Assembly: GCA_951406725.2 (NCBI GenBank)
Contig: OX597820.1
Span: 51,522,001-51,586,000 of the forward strand
DNA length: 64,000 nucleotides
Source of the DNA: Octopus vulgaris
Lineage: Eukaryota
Direction of reading: 5' to 3'
In this document: piece after piece, positions 1-12,649 of the stretch
How positions within the stretch are numbered: position 1 is the stretch's first letter
Layout of the letters: every line of letters begins with the position of its first letter
Notes under the pieces: model-generated
What the model was told of the DNA's origin: nothing
What the model saw: only the letters and a program-made list of their open reading frames with translations
Databases searched by the model: none
Position numbers and translations under genes: made by a program

Positions 1-316
1 TGTCAACAATGATCTACAGGAAAATAAAAACATCAAGCATTGGATAGCTGGGTAGCTACTGCCATAGATATGTAGTTTCTGAAAAACCGACCCAACATAC
101 AATAGATGTAGTTCCATCAACCAATTAATAGGTAATAGTTGTATCTTTAGATCTAGATCTAATTATATTTATTATGTACAGAACGAGCACTGCAAGTGTA
201 ATAAAACATACTGAAATAAAATATATTGTCATAGAGAAGTTCTAGGCTTCAAAATGTAACCGAGAAATGATGCGTCCGAATGCAACTCCTATCTGCACAG
301 CAATTCACCAACCACA

Positions 317-320
<4 letters not shown>

Positions 321-361
<41 letters not shown>

Positions 362-508
362 TGTGTGTGTGTGTGTGCGTGTATGTGTATTGGTAAAAGA
401 GGGAATATTTGAGCTCATATACTTTGGAAAGAAGGCAGATATAAACAGCCATATCATCTCCCATTGAGAAAGAGAGAGAGAGAGAGAGGGAGAGAGAGGG
501 AGAGAGAG
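321..508. repeat. (GT)n and (GA)n microsatellites
   Basis: Direct reading: GT run ~321-388 and GA run ~468-508. Confidence 0.95.
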
Positions 509-619
509 ATTTTTCTACCGTCAAATATGAGAGTCTAGATGAAGATATGGAGAAGCAACTTAGTTGGAATGCACGCATCATTAGTATTATGTCCAATATG
601 AACTGCAGAAATTGCCATT

Positions 620-930
620 AAATCCTTATAATATTCCAATTTTTGGTACCGTCCACCAACACTTCTGTACGTTTGTAGAGTCTCATCTTAGATACTGTTG
701 GAGATTGTGTCTTCCCATACTACAAAAAATAGCCTTGAGTGATTTGAAGAATCTGGGTGGTTGTTCAGTAAATAATTGTATAACGGTGTTTTATAGTTTA
801 GGTTGGTTTAAAATCTTCGAACTCTTTTTTCTCCAACACTTCCATGAGCATGATATTATTTGTATACAATATTGAAAATATTATACATAAAATATTCCGG
901 CATCAAATGTCCAGATGACCAATCATATAC
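620..930 (-). mobile_element. Possible highly degraded Tc1-like transposase C-terminal relic
   Basis: Minus-strand fragments (EQPPRFFKSLKAI... and a terminal GG.xKY-like stretch) loosely resemble the Tc1 C-terminus; heavily frameshifted. Confidence 0.25.
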
Positions 931-1464
931 TAAAATCGATCTCACATAACATAATATCGATACAACAATTGTCACTTTATTCAAAATATTTTCGAAATGT
1001 CCTTAAAGAAATTAAGTGATCTCTAAACATTTAATCTGTACCCACAGAAAGTCTTCCAACTGGATACATTTAGGCAAATGATAATTTATTACTTGAGTGC
1101 GCTATGCTGCCCGAAATTCATGACGTACATCACTATTTCATTTGGTGCAAATAATTTATTAACTCCGCGTGCTAATAACGACCAAAACCTAAGTTATCTA
1201 AGTTTTAGAAATGTGTGTACATTTAGCTATAAAAGACAAGAACATCAGTATTCAAAATTAATCTGGCGTAGCATTAGAAAAAAGGGAAAAAACGATAAAA
1301 TATTCAGATTGTAGGATAGATCAGGTTCTAAAGATAGTAACAAATATTCAAAGAATTTGTAAAGAAACAAAAATGTCTATTTTTTTAATGACTGCTGGAA
1401 TTTATTCATAAATTCATAAACACGCACAACGTTAATCATTTGATTTTGATTTTGATTTTGATTT

Positions 1465-1510
1465 TTCCAGTTTCAGCTCATGAGCTGTGGCCATGCTGGG
1501 GCACCGCCAT
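1465..1510 (-). mobile_element. SINE 3' tail fragment (related to the microsatellite-bearing SINE family)
   Basis: gctgtggccatgctggggcaccgcc resembles the tails at 45205-45245 and 37615-37663; followed on the minus strand by (AAAATC)n. Confidence 0.55.
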
Positions 1511-1949
1511 TTATGTTGATATGAAATATTTGAACAAATAATAATCGCAAATAATATCATACTTGATCATTTTTCTTTATTAAAGATGCTTATGATGACG
1601 CTTATACGTCGGCACTGACTAACAAGTAAAGAGTGTCATGTCTATGTAACAGCCACTTAAAAAGATGAACCTTGGACAAAGGTACTTTTGAAAAGAGCGC
1701 ATCTCAAAAGGTATCAGAAAATGAAACACAGTTTAGAAAACATGAGTGAAATGTCTTACAAGTTATGATTTATCTATCATTGCTCGAGGTTTATGAAAAA
1801 AAAGCCGCTGGAACCGTGTTGTTACGAAAAACGGGAAAACAATTTGAACAAATTAATTGAAATAAATAAATGAAATACAACTGAAAATGATGACTGCAAC
1901 TTTCTCGACCACCTACCATGAAAAAGCCATTAACTACGTCAAAGTTAAT

Positions 1950-2880
1950 CACGTTGTAGAAATCTATGCAAAAGAAATCTGTACATCAATATGGAGATTA
2001 TGATCCTGATCTTTTTTTTTATGTTAACAAGTTTTGGACGAAGAAATGTAATTATTGTTACTTTTAAGATACGAAATTTCCCTACTTTGAACAGTGTCAG
2101 CGAATTTTCTTCTAAAATGGTCGCACCGAATATTTGGCAGTACCTAGCCAAAATCTAATTTCGATGGAGATTTTTTGAAACTTTTTTGTTACTTTTGCAA
2201 TGTGGGTAGGGACAACACTAAGTTGTAAAAAGAAAACATTAAATTTTTCCTCGGGAAATGACATATTCTTGTGAGTGTAGTCATCTGTCTCTAACAATTA
2301 TCGATATTTCAGTGACGTGGCCGACTGTTCACACTCCGAAATTCCGATGAAAATGCACGTCACTTCATGCTTCAAATTCATTCATGCTTGACATGGTACA
2401 TCCAGGGAAAATTATCTCGACAGTTCTTCGCTTAATCCGATGTTAATGGACATCCTTATAAATATTGAATTTTGTCTAATCAGCCCAGAAAACTTTCCTG
2501 TAGCCCATCTCATTCAAAGTAACTATACTTTGTCAAATAATCCTCTATGGCGTTAAAAATTTCCTTGCTTAATTCTTTTCCCTAATTTTCTTAGTCGTGT
2601 ACTGTATATCTTTTACGAGGCAACCTGTGTTTGATATACCCGATCACAATCTTCTTTTTCGCGATTCCTAAAACCTCTTAGCAATTCGTGATTTATATTT
2701 CTCTCTCTTCAAAAACCTAAGTATTCTGGCCTTCTGCCATCTGTTTTCGTGGTACGTCTCGGCTTGACATATCTTTTACTTTCTGTAGACAAAACTTTCT
2801 GTTTTTAGTAAGCTTAGAAATCGATTGTTTGTTATCGTTCAGTAGCTTGTGGATTTCAGATAATTTTGCGTGCGCTTCCT
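1950..2880 (-). mobile_element. Degraded Tc1-like DDE transposase relic
   Basis: ORF 2112-2297 (FFLQLSVVPTHIAKVTKKFQKISIEIRFWLG) aligns by eye to the Tc1 FQQDNAPxHxAKxTKxF...LxWPxxSPDL motif and is preceded by a KY..LLE-like segment; boundaries approximate. Confidence 0.45.
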
Positions 2881-3429
2881 GAAAAAAGATAAATGGAATT
2901 TATTTTTAATTGAAGACATATTAAAAGAACATAAAACAAATAACAACTAAGCGTATTTACACGAAACATTTGATTCGAACATTAAAAGATATTTGGTATG
3001 TAAATTTTTAGCACCTTAAATTCATGTTTTTGCAAATATTGGATTACACAGTTCAATAAAATATTACCAGAATTCATTAAGTTTTATTCCATTTGTCTTA
3101 CCTCCATCTAACGTCTGGAAATTCATTGCTAGGCTTGGAGTTACGGCTATAGCTAAGGTGAGGCGCTTAGATAGCTCTACGTAAATAGGGTAGACCTCTC
3201 TGAGTTATTTAAATTTAAAAATATCCACAACATAACATGTCAAAGTAATACAAAATTATTTGGCTCATTTTTGTTTTGCTCGTGAATGATGGCTTAAAAC
3301 AATACTAGAAAAGTGCCAGAATTTGGGGCAGTATACGAAGAAAGAAATTAATTCTTATAGGACCGAAAACTATAGCAAACAACATGGCTTTAGCTCAGAC
3401 ACGGTAAGAAATAACAATTATCAAGCATA

Positions 3430-3790
3430 AAAATGTCGATGTAGTCGAGAAAAGTGTTTATCAATCATGTGGAACTATGCTCAGAACACTGTATTACAGC
3501 TGAGCAAATTTGATATAAAACATGTCATCATAACTTCGATCTTCTCCAAAGGTAGACTAGTACAGCGGCATAAAGAAGAATACTGTTAATTTTCTTGCAG
3601 TTAATAAATCATAAAATAAGTAAATTTCTTCTTAAATACAACGAAATACAGGGGAATGAGTGGATATTGGAGGTGACAAATCCCCAAAGTATAATGCTGT
3701 AACGATATATGTGAAAGATCTTGAACAATATTCAGAAATATTCGGGGGTACTTGTGAAATAGTGGGGCGAAATCTGCTTCATCCCAAAAT
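3430..3790 (+). mobile_element. Possible piggyBac-like transposase relic
   Basis: Fragments resembling the M..YW.......P....M...RF..I...L block at ~3650-3745; very decayed. Confidence 0.25.
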
Positions 3791-3875
3791 GTAGACGTAT
3801 TATATACATACATAAATATATGGATATATATATACACGCGCACACACACAGACACGCACACACACATACATATAC

Positions 3876-3912
<37 letters not shown>

Positions 3913-4309
3913 GTGAGAGAGAGAGGAGAGGGAGAGAGAGAGCGAGAGAGTTTGAAGTGATGTACAGATATTGTATACTGAGAATAAAGTAGTCAGAATG
4001 TTGACTGATTATATATATATTTTCTTATTTATTTACGTCTTAATTACATTTTTAACGCTTTCTTCTCATATCGGATTTATCAAAAAATGGTTCAAATTTA
4101 AAATTCTTGGCTTTTTATGAGGAATTATGTGGGGTAGGTCAAGCGAGGGGGAAGAAGGGTGAGGTAAAAAGACGTGGCTAAGAGAAAGGAAGTTTTGAAC
4201 CATTTTTTGATAAATCTGATAACGGAAGAAAGCGCTGGAAATGTAAATAAGATAAAATAAAATATATACATATATATAATAAGCTTCCGACTGCGTTTTC
4301 ATTCTATCT

Positions 4310-4338
4310 CTCTATCTATCTCTCTCTCTCTCCCTCTC

Positions 4339-4407
<69 letters not shown>

Positions 4408-4469
4408 AGATAGATAGATACATGCATATGTATATACATATATATATATATTTATATATATGTATATAT

Positions 4470-4548
<79 letters not shown>
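4310..4548. repeat. Compound (CT)n/(TA)n microsatellite
   Basis: Direct reading. Confidence 0.95.
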
Positions 4549-4550
<2 letters not shown>

Positions 4551-4555
<5 letters not shown>

Positions 4556-4790
4556 GTCTTCACTGGCACAACAATGGACTATAATAACCGTTATAATTCG
4601 ATCATCCATCGTCTGATGCAATATTTCGGAGTACAAAAAAATCCTTCTTCAGATAATTCTAGGGATAACTGAAGAAGGAACTTTTGTATTCCGAAATATT
4701 ATATCAGACTATTGATAATTAAATTATAACAGTTAGTATAGTCTATTGTTGGATTTATTGTGCCTTGTTGTGCCATTCAAGATACATTAT
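4551..4790. repeat. ~240-bp imperfect spacerless palindrome with a hammerhead-like core on each arm
   Basis: Left arm ataatgtcttcactggcacaacaa...gtctgatgcaatatttcggagtacaaaaaaatccttcttcag is the approximate reverse complement of right arm ctgaagaaggaacttttgtattccgaaatattatatcagac...ttgttgtgccattcaagatacattat; centre ct|ag at 4660/4661. Confidence 0.85.
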
Positions 4791-4835
4791 ATTTTACAAA
4801 CAATACACAATGCTTCAAGCGAACTGCAATACTCA

Positions 4836-4937
<102 letters not shown>

Positions 4938-5049
4938 GATATGATAAAATAAGATAAGATAAATAGAGAGAGAGAGAGAGATGTGTGTGTACGTGTGTAT
5001 CATATTCATTACTGAAGTTTATTGACCACAATATCTGTCAGGAATATAT

Positions 5050-5203
5050 TCTGCCGAGGTTGACTTTGCCTTTCATCCTTTCGGAGTCGATTAAATAAGT
5101 ACCAGTTACACACTGGGGTCGATATAATCGACTTAATCCGTATGCCTGTCCTTGTTTGTTCTCTATGTGTTTAGCCCCTTGTGGGTAGTAAAGCAATAGG
5201 TAT
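5050..5203 (+). mobile_element. SINE family A, 3' half
   Basis: ccgaggttgactttgcctttcatcctttcggagtcgattaaataagtaccag...ccccttgtgggtagtaaagcaatagg matches the reverse complement of 54553-54715. Confidence 0.85.
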
Positions 5204-5204
5204 T

Positions 5205-5430
5205 CCATAATGACCTATAGTGGGCTGTAGAGGTTCATTTGTCATCCACTGAGCTGCTTTCTTGTGGATATAACGAGTCCATTAGCAGGGAAGTCAACAT
5301 CGTACGTGAGGGCATTGAATCCAACTAGATGTTGAGTCTAGATGTGATAAGTCTGTTCCCCAAATTCCCAACTGTGAAGCATTATCGGTGACACATGAAA
5401 AACCCGTGACAGACACCCATCTAAAAGTCA
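5205..5430 (+). mobile_element. Penelope-like RT N-terminal fragment
   Basis: Reads LAAFLVDI.SPL.GKS.S.V...MLSLDVISLFP..P..EAL across frameshifts, matching the PLE RT SxDVxSLFTxIP motif. Confidence 0.55.
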
Positions 5431-5919
5431 CTTTTATTTCATTTTACTGAAGTCCATTGATCTTGGGAAAATGAGTTGTACTTGTATTGCAAGGGCTAGA
5501 CTTGTCATATTTTGTGTCTCGACGTTAAATTCATACGTATCTCTGTGTTCCTCACGTTAATTTTACGAGCAGCTTTTTCCGTTGATTGGAAAGTAATTCT
5601 TCTAGTGTAGTAACAATTCGTCCCATTCATGTAATATATCCACCTCGAAGCAGCAGTATTCAAAAGTGATTCTGTCCATTAAGTATTCATCTCTTTTACA
5701 CGCAATTCTTCATCTGGCACGCAAACTGCATTGATAGGGGATAGATAACATATACAATGCTATAAACTGTATTGTGAAGGGGTTGCTGTATAGGGACGAT
5801 ATATACTCAACATGAAAAGATATTGAATATCGTTTTATATTTATTGGGTTGCGCACAATTTTGATAAGAATTTCACCGACAACTCAATTTAGAAACAATC
5901 AATTTAGAAACAATCCCAA

Positions 5920-6157
5920 CAAACAGAGTCAAGTTCATGGGCCCAGTTTCCCGGTTTCAATGGCGTATGTGTTCCCCAGCTGGACAGGACGCCAATCCAT
6001 CGCAGCGTTACTCATTTTCGCCAGCTGAGTGGACTGGAGCAACGTGAAAGGAAGTGTTTTGCTCAAGAACACAGCACGTCGTCCGTTCCAGGAATCGAGA
6101 CCACAATCTTACGATCATGATGCTGATACCCTAACCACTAAGCAACGTGCCTCCACC
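5920..6157 (-). mobile_element. tRNA-derived SINE (family C) with conserved central domain
   Basis: Minus strand starts tggaggcacgttgcttagtggttagg (A-box-like), then gtctcgattcctgg (B-box-like), then gtgttcttgagcaaaacact...ccactcagctgg...gcgatggattggcgtcctgtccag, typical of SINE conserved cores. Confidence 0.8.
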
Positions 6158-6184
6158 AAGTAACGAAAACTGATGTAAAATGCT

Positions 6185-6385
6185 GGCAAGAAGGCCAGAA
6201 ATTTCGAGCAACGGGTAGGTCGACTACATTGACCCCAGTGCTCAGCTAGTACTTATTTTATCGATCCCAAAATGGATGAAATGCTAAATTTGCTTCAGCG
6301 AATTTTGAACCAACGGTGTGTAGACGGACGAAATGTCTTGAAGCATTTTGCTCTATGTTAACGATTCTGCCAGATCTCCGCCTTA
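6185..6385 (-). mobile_element. SINE family A, diverged copy
   Basis: gaccccagtg...tacttattttatcgatccc...gacggacgaaatg...gattctgccag matches the other family A copies. Confidence 0.75.
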
Positions 6386-7537
6386 ATTTACAAATATCAA
6401 AAATATATGAAAAAAATATCCAGATGTGGTTTGGTATGGGCAGCAAATACCTTTTATATATTATGCCCTAAACACTAGGGTTTTCAGTTATACCAAACGT
6501 ACTAATACGGCATAATACATAAATTAAGCCTATCAAGAGTGCAATCAATGAATCACCGATCGATTATGCAGTGAATCAGTTCAATGATAATAGTAAAAAA
6601 CACAAAGAAAATACGAAAAAAATACTAACAAACAAGGGAAGCAATAAAGTAACTAATCAAACATGTTCGAACTATAAGGGCTAATGATAATGATCATGAT
6701 CATGATCACAACGACCACGAAGACAATTTCGGGTGAGGAGAATAATTGATCACACCGATTCAGATAAATAATTGCACTTTCATTTCTCTCCTGTTTCGAA
6801 AGGTAAGAATGAAGTTATCATCTGCAAAATCCATGTTGTGATTCAAACATATACTAAGAAGTGATTAAGAAAATTTCAAAAACAATCTTGATCAATGCTT
6901 TGTAAACTAAGCATCAGATTCTAAAAGCAGATTGTGAGTAGAAAATCTCGTATAATATCATTACCTTACATTACCTTAGAACAGAAGAATGTCAAAACAC
7001 TTACAGGATTGGCTGTATACACAACACTAGGAAAGTATTCAAATGTGTTTAACTTGTGGATATATTGATATATGACCTCGATCAGAACAGATCTTGACTA
7101 AGATGTATGTGTATAAACTCTTCTCTAATTTTGACAGCGAATATAAACGTCATATCGGTCGCCACCTAAAAGTAAATCTAGAAAAAACTATATACAGGCG
7201 TATTCTGTAGTCAGTAGAGAAAGTTTGGGAATATTTCTCAATGATAACCACCTATCATATTCGAAATCAGACAAGTGGAAAAAAATCTAAAAATTTAAAA
7301 TTAAATTGGCCTTACTGGGATTGAACACTGAACGTTAAGAACCGTGACTAAATAAAACCAAGTTGCGTATCCAATGAATCAGGTAATCCAACACTTTTAC
7401 AAAAACATAAGTATTTCCTAATTATCACCAACAGGTCCTCATTAAATAACTATTTTAATAAAGAAATGCTCTCTCTTATAATTATGAATGTATCTAATGT
7501 CATCATAAATAGACAGCTAAGAATGATCAAACCTACA

Positions 7538-7712
7538 AGGGGAGGGGTAAGTCGATTACATCGACTCCAGTGTGTGACTAGTAGTCATTTCATCGAACAC
7601 AAAATGATGAAAGGCTAAGTTGACCTCAGAGGAAATTGGATTCAGAACGTAAAGATGATTGAAGGGACGCTATGCCCTCTGCCCGGCCGGCTCACACTTC
7701 TCCAGCCTTGTC
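7538..7712 (-). mobile_element. SINE family A, diverged copy
   Basis: gggtaagtcgattacatcgactccagtg...gatgaaaggctaagttgacctc...ttcagaacgtaaag. Confidence 0.75.
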
Positions 7713-8899
7713 ACTTTAAAACCTAAGAGTAATATTACTACACAGATTCCTAATTAATTGTTTTATGACTTCAATATTAGTATTAGACAGAATATTATTT
7801 GCAATAAACCTAACCATACTGTTTGAAAAAATCATGTTTTACAAACACATGTTGGAGTAAATGCTATGAATCAGACGCAGTATGTACGAAAAGTTTAAGT
7901 TCCAGTAAAAAGCTAATTCACCTCCACTTTCGCTCTGGTCATATCCAGTAAAATAATGAAACGGCACGAGGAATTGTCGAAAAAGAGAATTACAATTTGG
8001 TGTTATAGAAGCGTACTTATATCCATACATATACATAAATTAAATATGAGCAACATAAAAGATACTGACAAAAGAAAACTAACAGGGAAGAAATAGAGAA
8101 AAAGTAAATGTAAACCTTGTGAATGGCCAATGAATGAAAATGCCGGAGAAATACTAACAAAACCAAGAATAAAGATATAGACTGAATGAAAAAACGAAAG
8201 CAATATATACATATTAAAAATAAAACGAATAAAAACAAAGCTAGCTTTGTCAAAGTAACGGAAAACATCACAAGAAAATCGACAAAACTGAAGAGTAATA
8301 AAATAGCACAACAGAAACGCCCTCATATGCAATAAGTGATACATGAACGTACAATAAAAGCACATTATATTTTGTCGTTCAGGGACGAAAGAAGGCACTG
8401 TAAGGGAAATAACAGTGCGAGGAAAAAAGAAAAAAACCTAATGCGCCCTATTGGACATATGAGTTCGTATGAAAACAATCCTTCAAGTTTACACCCGCAA
8501 CTGAAATACACCTATACACGTAGCGCTTAACATAATACATATTACAACAGAAAAACCATTATGAAATAGAGAGGAAAGAGTCGATGAAGAAATACCTAAT
8601 GCATCAATAAAATATAGAAAAGAAATCACTGCCTAAAACTACAAAGTCAAATATGTTCCATGAGAGACACAGGTGTAAAGATGTTACTTTTACATGAGTA
8701 CTAACATTTTAACTTATCTGATATATTCACTTATCTAATATATGCACAATCTCAGAAGACTTGAGATCTGTTCACTGTCAAGAATTGTAAGTGTGAAACC
8801 AGGAGAATTTACTGAATGACAAAAACATTTGGTTTACATAAGGAATGCAGTGGCTGACATTTTATGCTATTGCATTTCCATATATACAGATGTCATGGA

Positions 8900-10270
8900 A
8901 GTATTGGAATTAGGTTTGATCCAAATAGAGTAGGATGTCAATCTGCTGGCCCTAAGAAAAGTACAGGAAAATAATATAAATATACTACTGACAAAATATC
9001 GTTGTTACGTAGTCTTACATGGTAAAATAGGAAATGGATGGCTCTATATTTTAAAGGAAATGATCAGAAAAGTAGAATATACAACATTAACAATTAGTAG
9101 GAAAATATCTAGGAATTCACAGAAATGATATTAGCCATGACATGCTTGTTTGAAATACTTCAGTACGTCCTTGAGGGAAGCAATGCAGTTGAAACACATA
9201 AAAAATTCTCCCAATCCCCAAAGACGCATTAAATCAGGAAAACAGAGGAAAGTATAGAAAATACATAATACTTTGTGACACACAGAAACTTAATCAAATT
9301 TTACAATACCTGTAGAGAATATAGAACACGTCTATTGCCAGAATAAGAAGTGCACATAGGACAGGAAGAAAATTAAATAAGTATATAGTATAGCAACAGA
9401 CTAAGGACAGCACGACACTTGAAATTTCCATAGACTGACTAAGTACATACTTATTGGTTGAATACCAGAGAATTATTCATGAAAGTAGCAGCAACGTACA
9501 GTTAATTACTAAACAAACGAGAATTATCATGTCACTGTTTACAGCATCTGAAAACAATAATGAATCTTCTAAAATACTTATTGAGACATAGTAATTTGCG
9601 TACTATAAAATACAGAACCCTTGTATCTCCTACAAAATAACTACTCATCTGTAAGATAATAACATCTTACAAGAGGAACAGAATCGTGGAAGAAATGAGA
9701 TATATAATTGAAAAGGGCAAGTGACTGGTTTATTTGGAAATTGTTGAAGATAGCAAGAACATGATAAAACATGGATAGAGATTGTTTACAGAAAAGTATT
9801 TCATTGATACTGTACGAAACGACTGTGTAATTGAAAACACTGTATATAAATAAAACATCACCTATATTAAGACAATAACAATATAGCCTTACGGAATGTC
9901 GAAATGGAAAACATCAGATTCACTAAAAGCCAAAATGAATTTGATAAAACAACCGTGTATTCGTAAGAAGAGGATAATTCTCAGAAACTTTGTTTCCTTT
10001 TTACTATTCCATCTAGATCTGGTTTCTCTAAAACATTTGCTTAATAAAGCCATCTATGTTTTAAAATGCTTTGATCAAATAACATGCCATCCTTTATACA
10101 TGGAAGATTTAGATTGTAAACCATTGACAAGGGACAACTGCAAACTGGAGAAATTTCTAAAAGCTGTGCACGAATGTACGCAGAATGCAAATCTGAGAAC
10201 AGTGTTACTCAAAAGTATCAAGCCTACTGTAATGAAAGGAAACATAAACTTGTCCACATTAAATTAGAGG
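8900..10270 (+). mobile_element. Highly degraded CR1-like LINE ORF2 (RT to 3' end) relic
   Basis: Scattered motif remnants in the expected order: SAGP (~8942), DISHDML (~9127), RRxxRYII-like (~9685), KLEKFLKAV (~10142; cf. CR1 3' FKxxLDKFL). Confidence 0.35.
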
Positions 10271-11731
10271 TGCACAACGTAATCAAACATTTAGAACAAA
10301 ATACATTAACAGTAACAATTGTTACAGCATCTCGCCAAGTACAATTATGCTATCTTCATTAACGGTTAAAAACAATAACTACATTGCTATTACTAATAAC
10401 TGGCGTGTCAACGAATCAGCCAACAGTACTTCTCACTGCACCTGCAAAGGAGCAGTAGCAACAATCTCACCGTCAGCAATGTCAAAAACATAAACACCAT
10501 ACTCATAATTTCCATCACTGCTGAAGCTAACATAGTCAGCAACATGATCACCAGCAATAACAAGAATGTATATAAAAAATAATGTTTTTTTAGTATTTAA
10601 CAGAGCAATAATCAGTTAAAGAATTAATATCCCTTGGAGAAAATGTAAGAGAAGCTATAAAGAATAGCAACACATCTTGCAAGAAAATCATCGTATTTAC
10701 TTCGGCAGAAATCGTTCATAATACTCAAAAATATATAACGATATATTGGTTTGTAGAATGCCAAATATGGCTGCGGAATAATTTCAGAATAGCTAGAATT
10801 GATATTTGGTTAAGCAGTAAAGTGGGAAATGTAGAATACGTTAGCACAATGAATTACAGTGTATGAATAAAACATGTGATGCATAATATAAGATCATGGA
10901 TACAAATTTACTCTCAAAGACATAGCCTGGGGTAGCGATAGACGTCGATTATTGTAGTGGCTGTGTTTACGTGAATACTAGTTCTTGTGGTGATCGCAGG
11001 TTTAGTAGTATAAATGTGGAGCAATACAATAACGTACTACATCAAGGTAAATTGCTCATATTTGGAGATGAACTCTAGCCTCCGGGTACACAGCATGTTT
11101 TTCAAATCTACGACATGATTTTAGACGCACATTCTGCAGCAGATGGGTGAAACGAATACAGAACTTTTGGAAACTCGCAAAGCGCTCTGTTTCTATAAGG
11201 AATTAAAGAAATACGAATTTGCCATCACGTATTTAGATAAACCATATTGTCTCACACCGGTTATATCTAGACTAAAGTTAAACTAAAAGAGTAAGGGCTG
11301 ATACAAGAAAAAGCTATTGTAAGTTGTTCAGTTAACGGCATATATTACATAAGAGCATAACTCAGTTTTAGGCAGAGTAAGAGAGCTGACCCAAAGATAG
11401 GATTCAACGAAAAATAAATAATACAAGTAATCAATAAACATAGATACAGTATCATGTATGCGTATATATACAAGTATAGCTAAATTACATACAGACATAC
11501 AAACACTTATAAAAGTTTGCGCCCGGCATTTGATGGGTATTTTCTTAGCGGGAACAAGGTTGACCTTCGTTTGGAAATCTGATTGTTGAGGAAAATATGT
11601 ATGAAAGGATGACGAGTATGCTCAAAGAAGGAGATCCAGCTGTAGCATACTGGTTACCCCAGGTAACCGCTATACTATCTATCTATCTATCTATATACAC
11701 ACACACGCGCGCACACACACACATATATATA

Positions 11732-12048
11732 TAGTCGAAAGACACTTCTTGTAAATTTCCTGTTCTTTGCATTTGTATTTATGTACCATTTCTCCGTTTT
11801 TTCTCGTCCTTGTTTTCGTATACATTAGCTGCTATCTTCCAAGGAGGAACCTAGTGCTCTTAGTTCAGATTTTCCTTGGGGCTAGCCGGATTGGAGCAGT
11901 CTCAAGTATAAAAAGCCGAAGCTGCTAATACGATCTAGAACTCGATTGAGTAAAGAAACTCCGAATGACCCGTCCTTTATTTTTTGTCCCTTTGTGTATA
12001 ATCTGTCTAGATGTTTTGTTGTCAACTGTTGCGCTCTTGTCCCATTTT
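11732..12048 (+). repeat. Interspersed repeat, second copy at 21207-21535
   Basis: Shared colinear blocks tagtcgaaaga, tttgcatttg, gttttcgt, tgctcttag, gattggagca.tctc.agtataa, tctaga.ctcgattgag, actccgaa, cccatttt. Confidence 0.8.
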
Positions 12049-12649
12049 AGTCGAATGGATAGGTCTGAAACACACTGGGAAACGATCCCTGAATATAATA
12101 AAGGGATCATTATTCATTTCTTTTAAAAAAATGGAAAAGTAGACAACAGGCTGAAGGCAAATAATATAACTTCTTACAAACCATAAATGTAACACAAAGA
12201 AGTTCATTATACACAAATAACATAAAACTACTAAATAAAATGAAAATATATATAACAAGACGGACGCTCACTCATACAAACAAACATATATAGTTGTATG
12301 TATGTATATATTTTCCATACATACATGCATACATACATATAAACATACAAACACACACACACACATACACACACATATATATAGATATATATATATCCAT
12401 ATATCCATATAAGAGAGGGAGAGAGAGAGAGAAAGAGAGACGCAGCACTGAAAACACAATGAAAATAATTGATAGAACCACATAAGATGAAAATATGCCA
12501 GCGAAATAAAGAGAATATAACAATGGACATGAAGGATAAGATGAACTATTGATACCCAACGTGAAAAATATATTTGAATACCCTAACGAAGGAAAATATG
12601 CTCCAAGATCCACACGTTTCGATAAACCGGATAATAGTACGGACTGTAA

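Noticed and set aside
8445-8490. Hammerhead-like catatgTC motif on the minus strand
   Set aside because: Both core segments are degenerate; cannot be distinguished from chance.
9896-10267. 123-aa ORF as a host gene exon
   Set aside because: No recognisable domain; better explained as the 3' end of a decayed CR1-like LINE.
10620-11400. Possible CR1 ORF1 PHD-finger relic or Cys-rich host exon
   Set aside because: Only scattered Cys/WF residues with no consistent frame.
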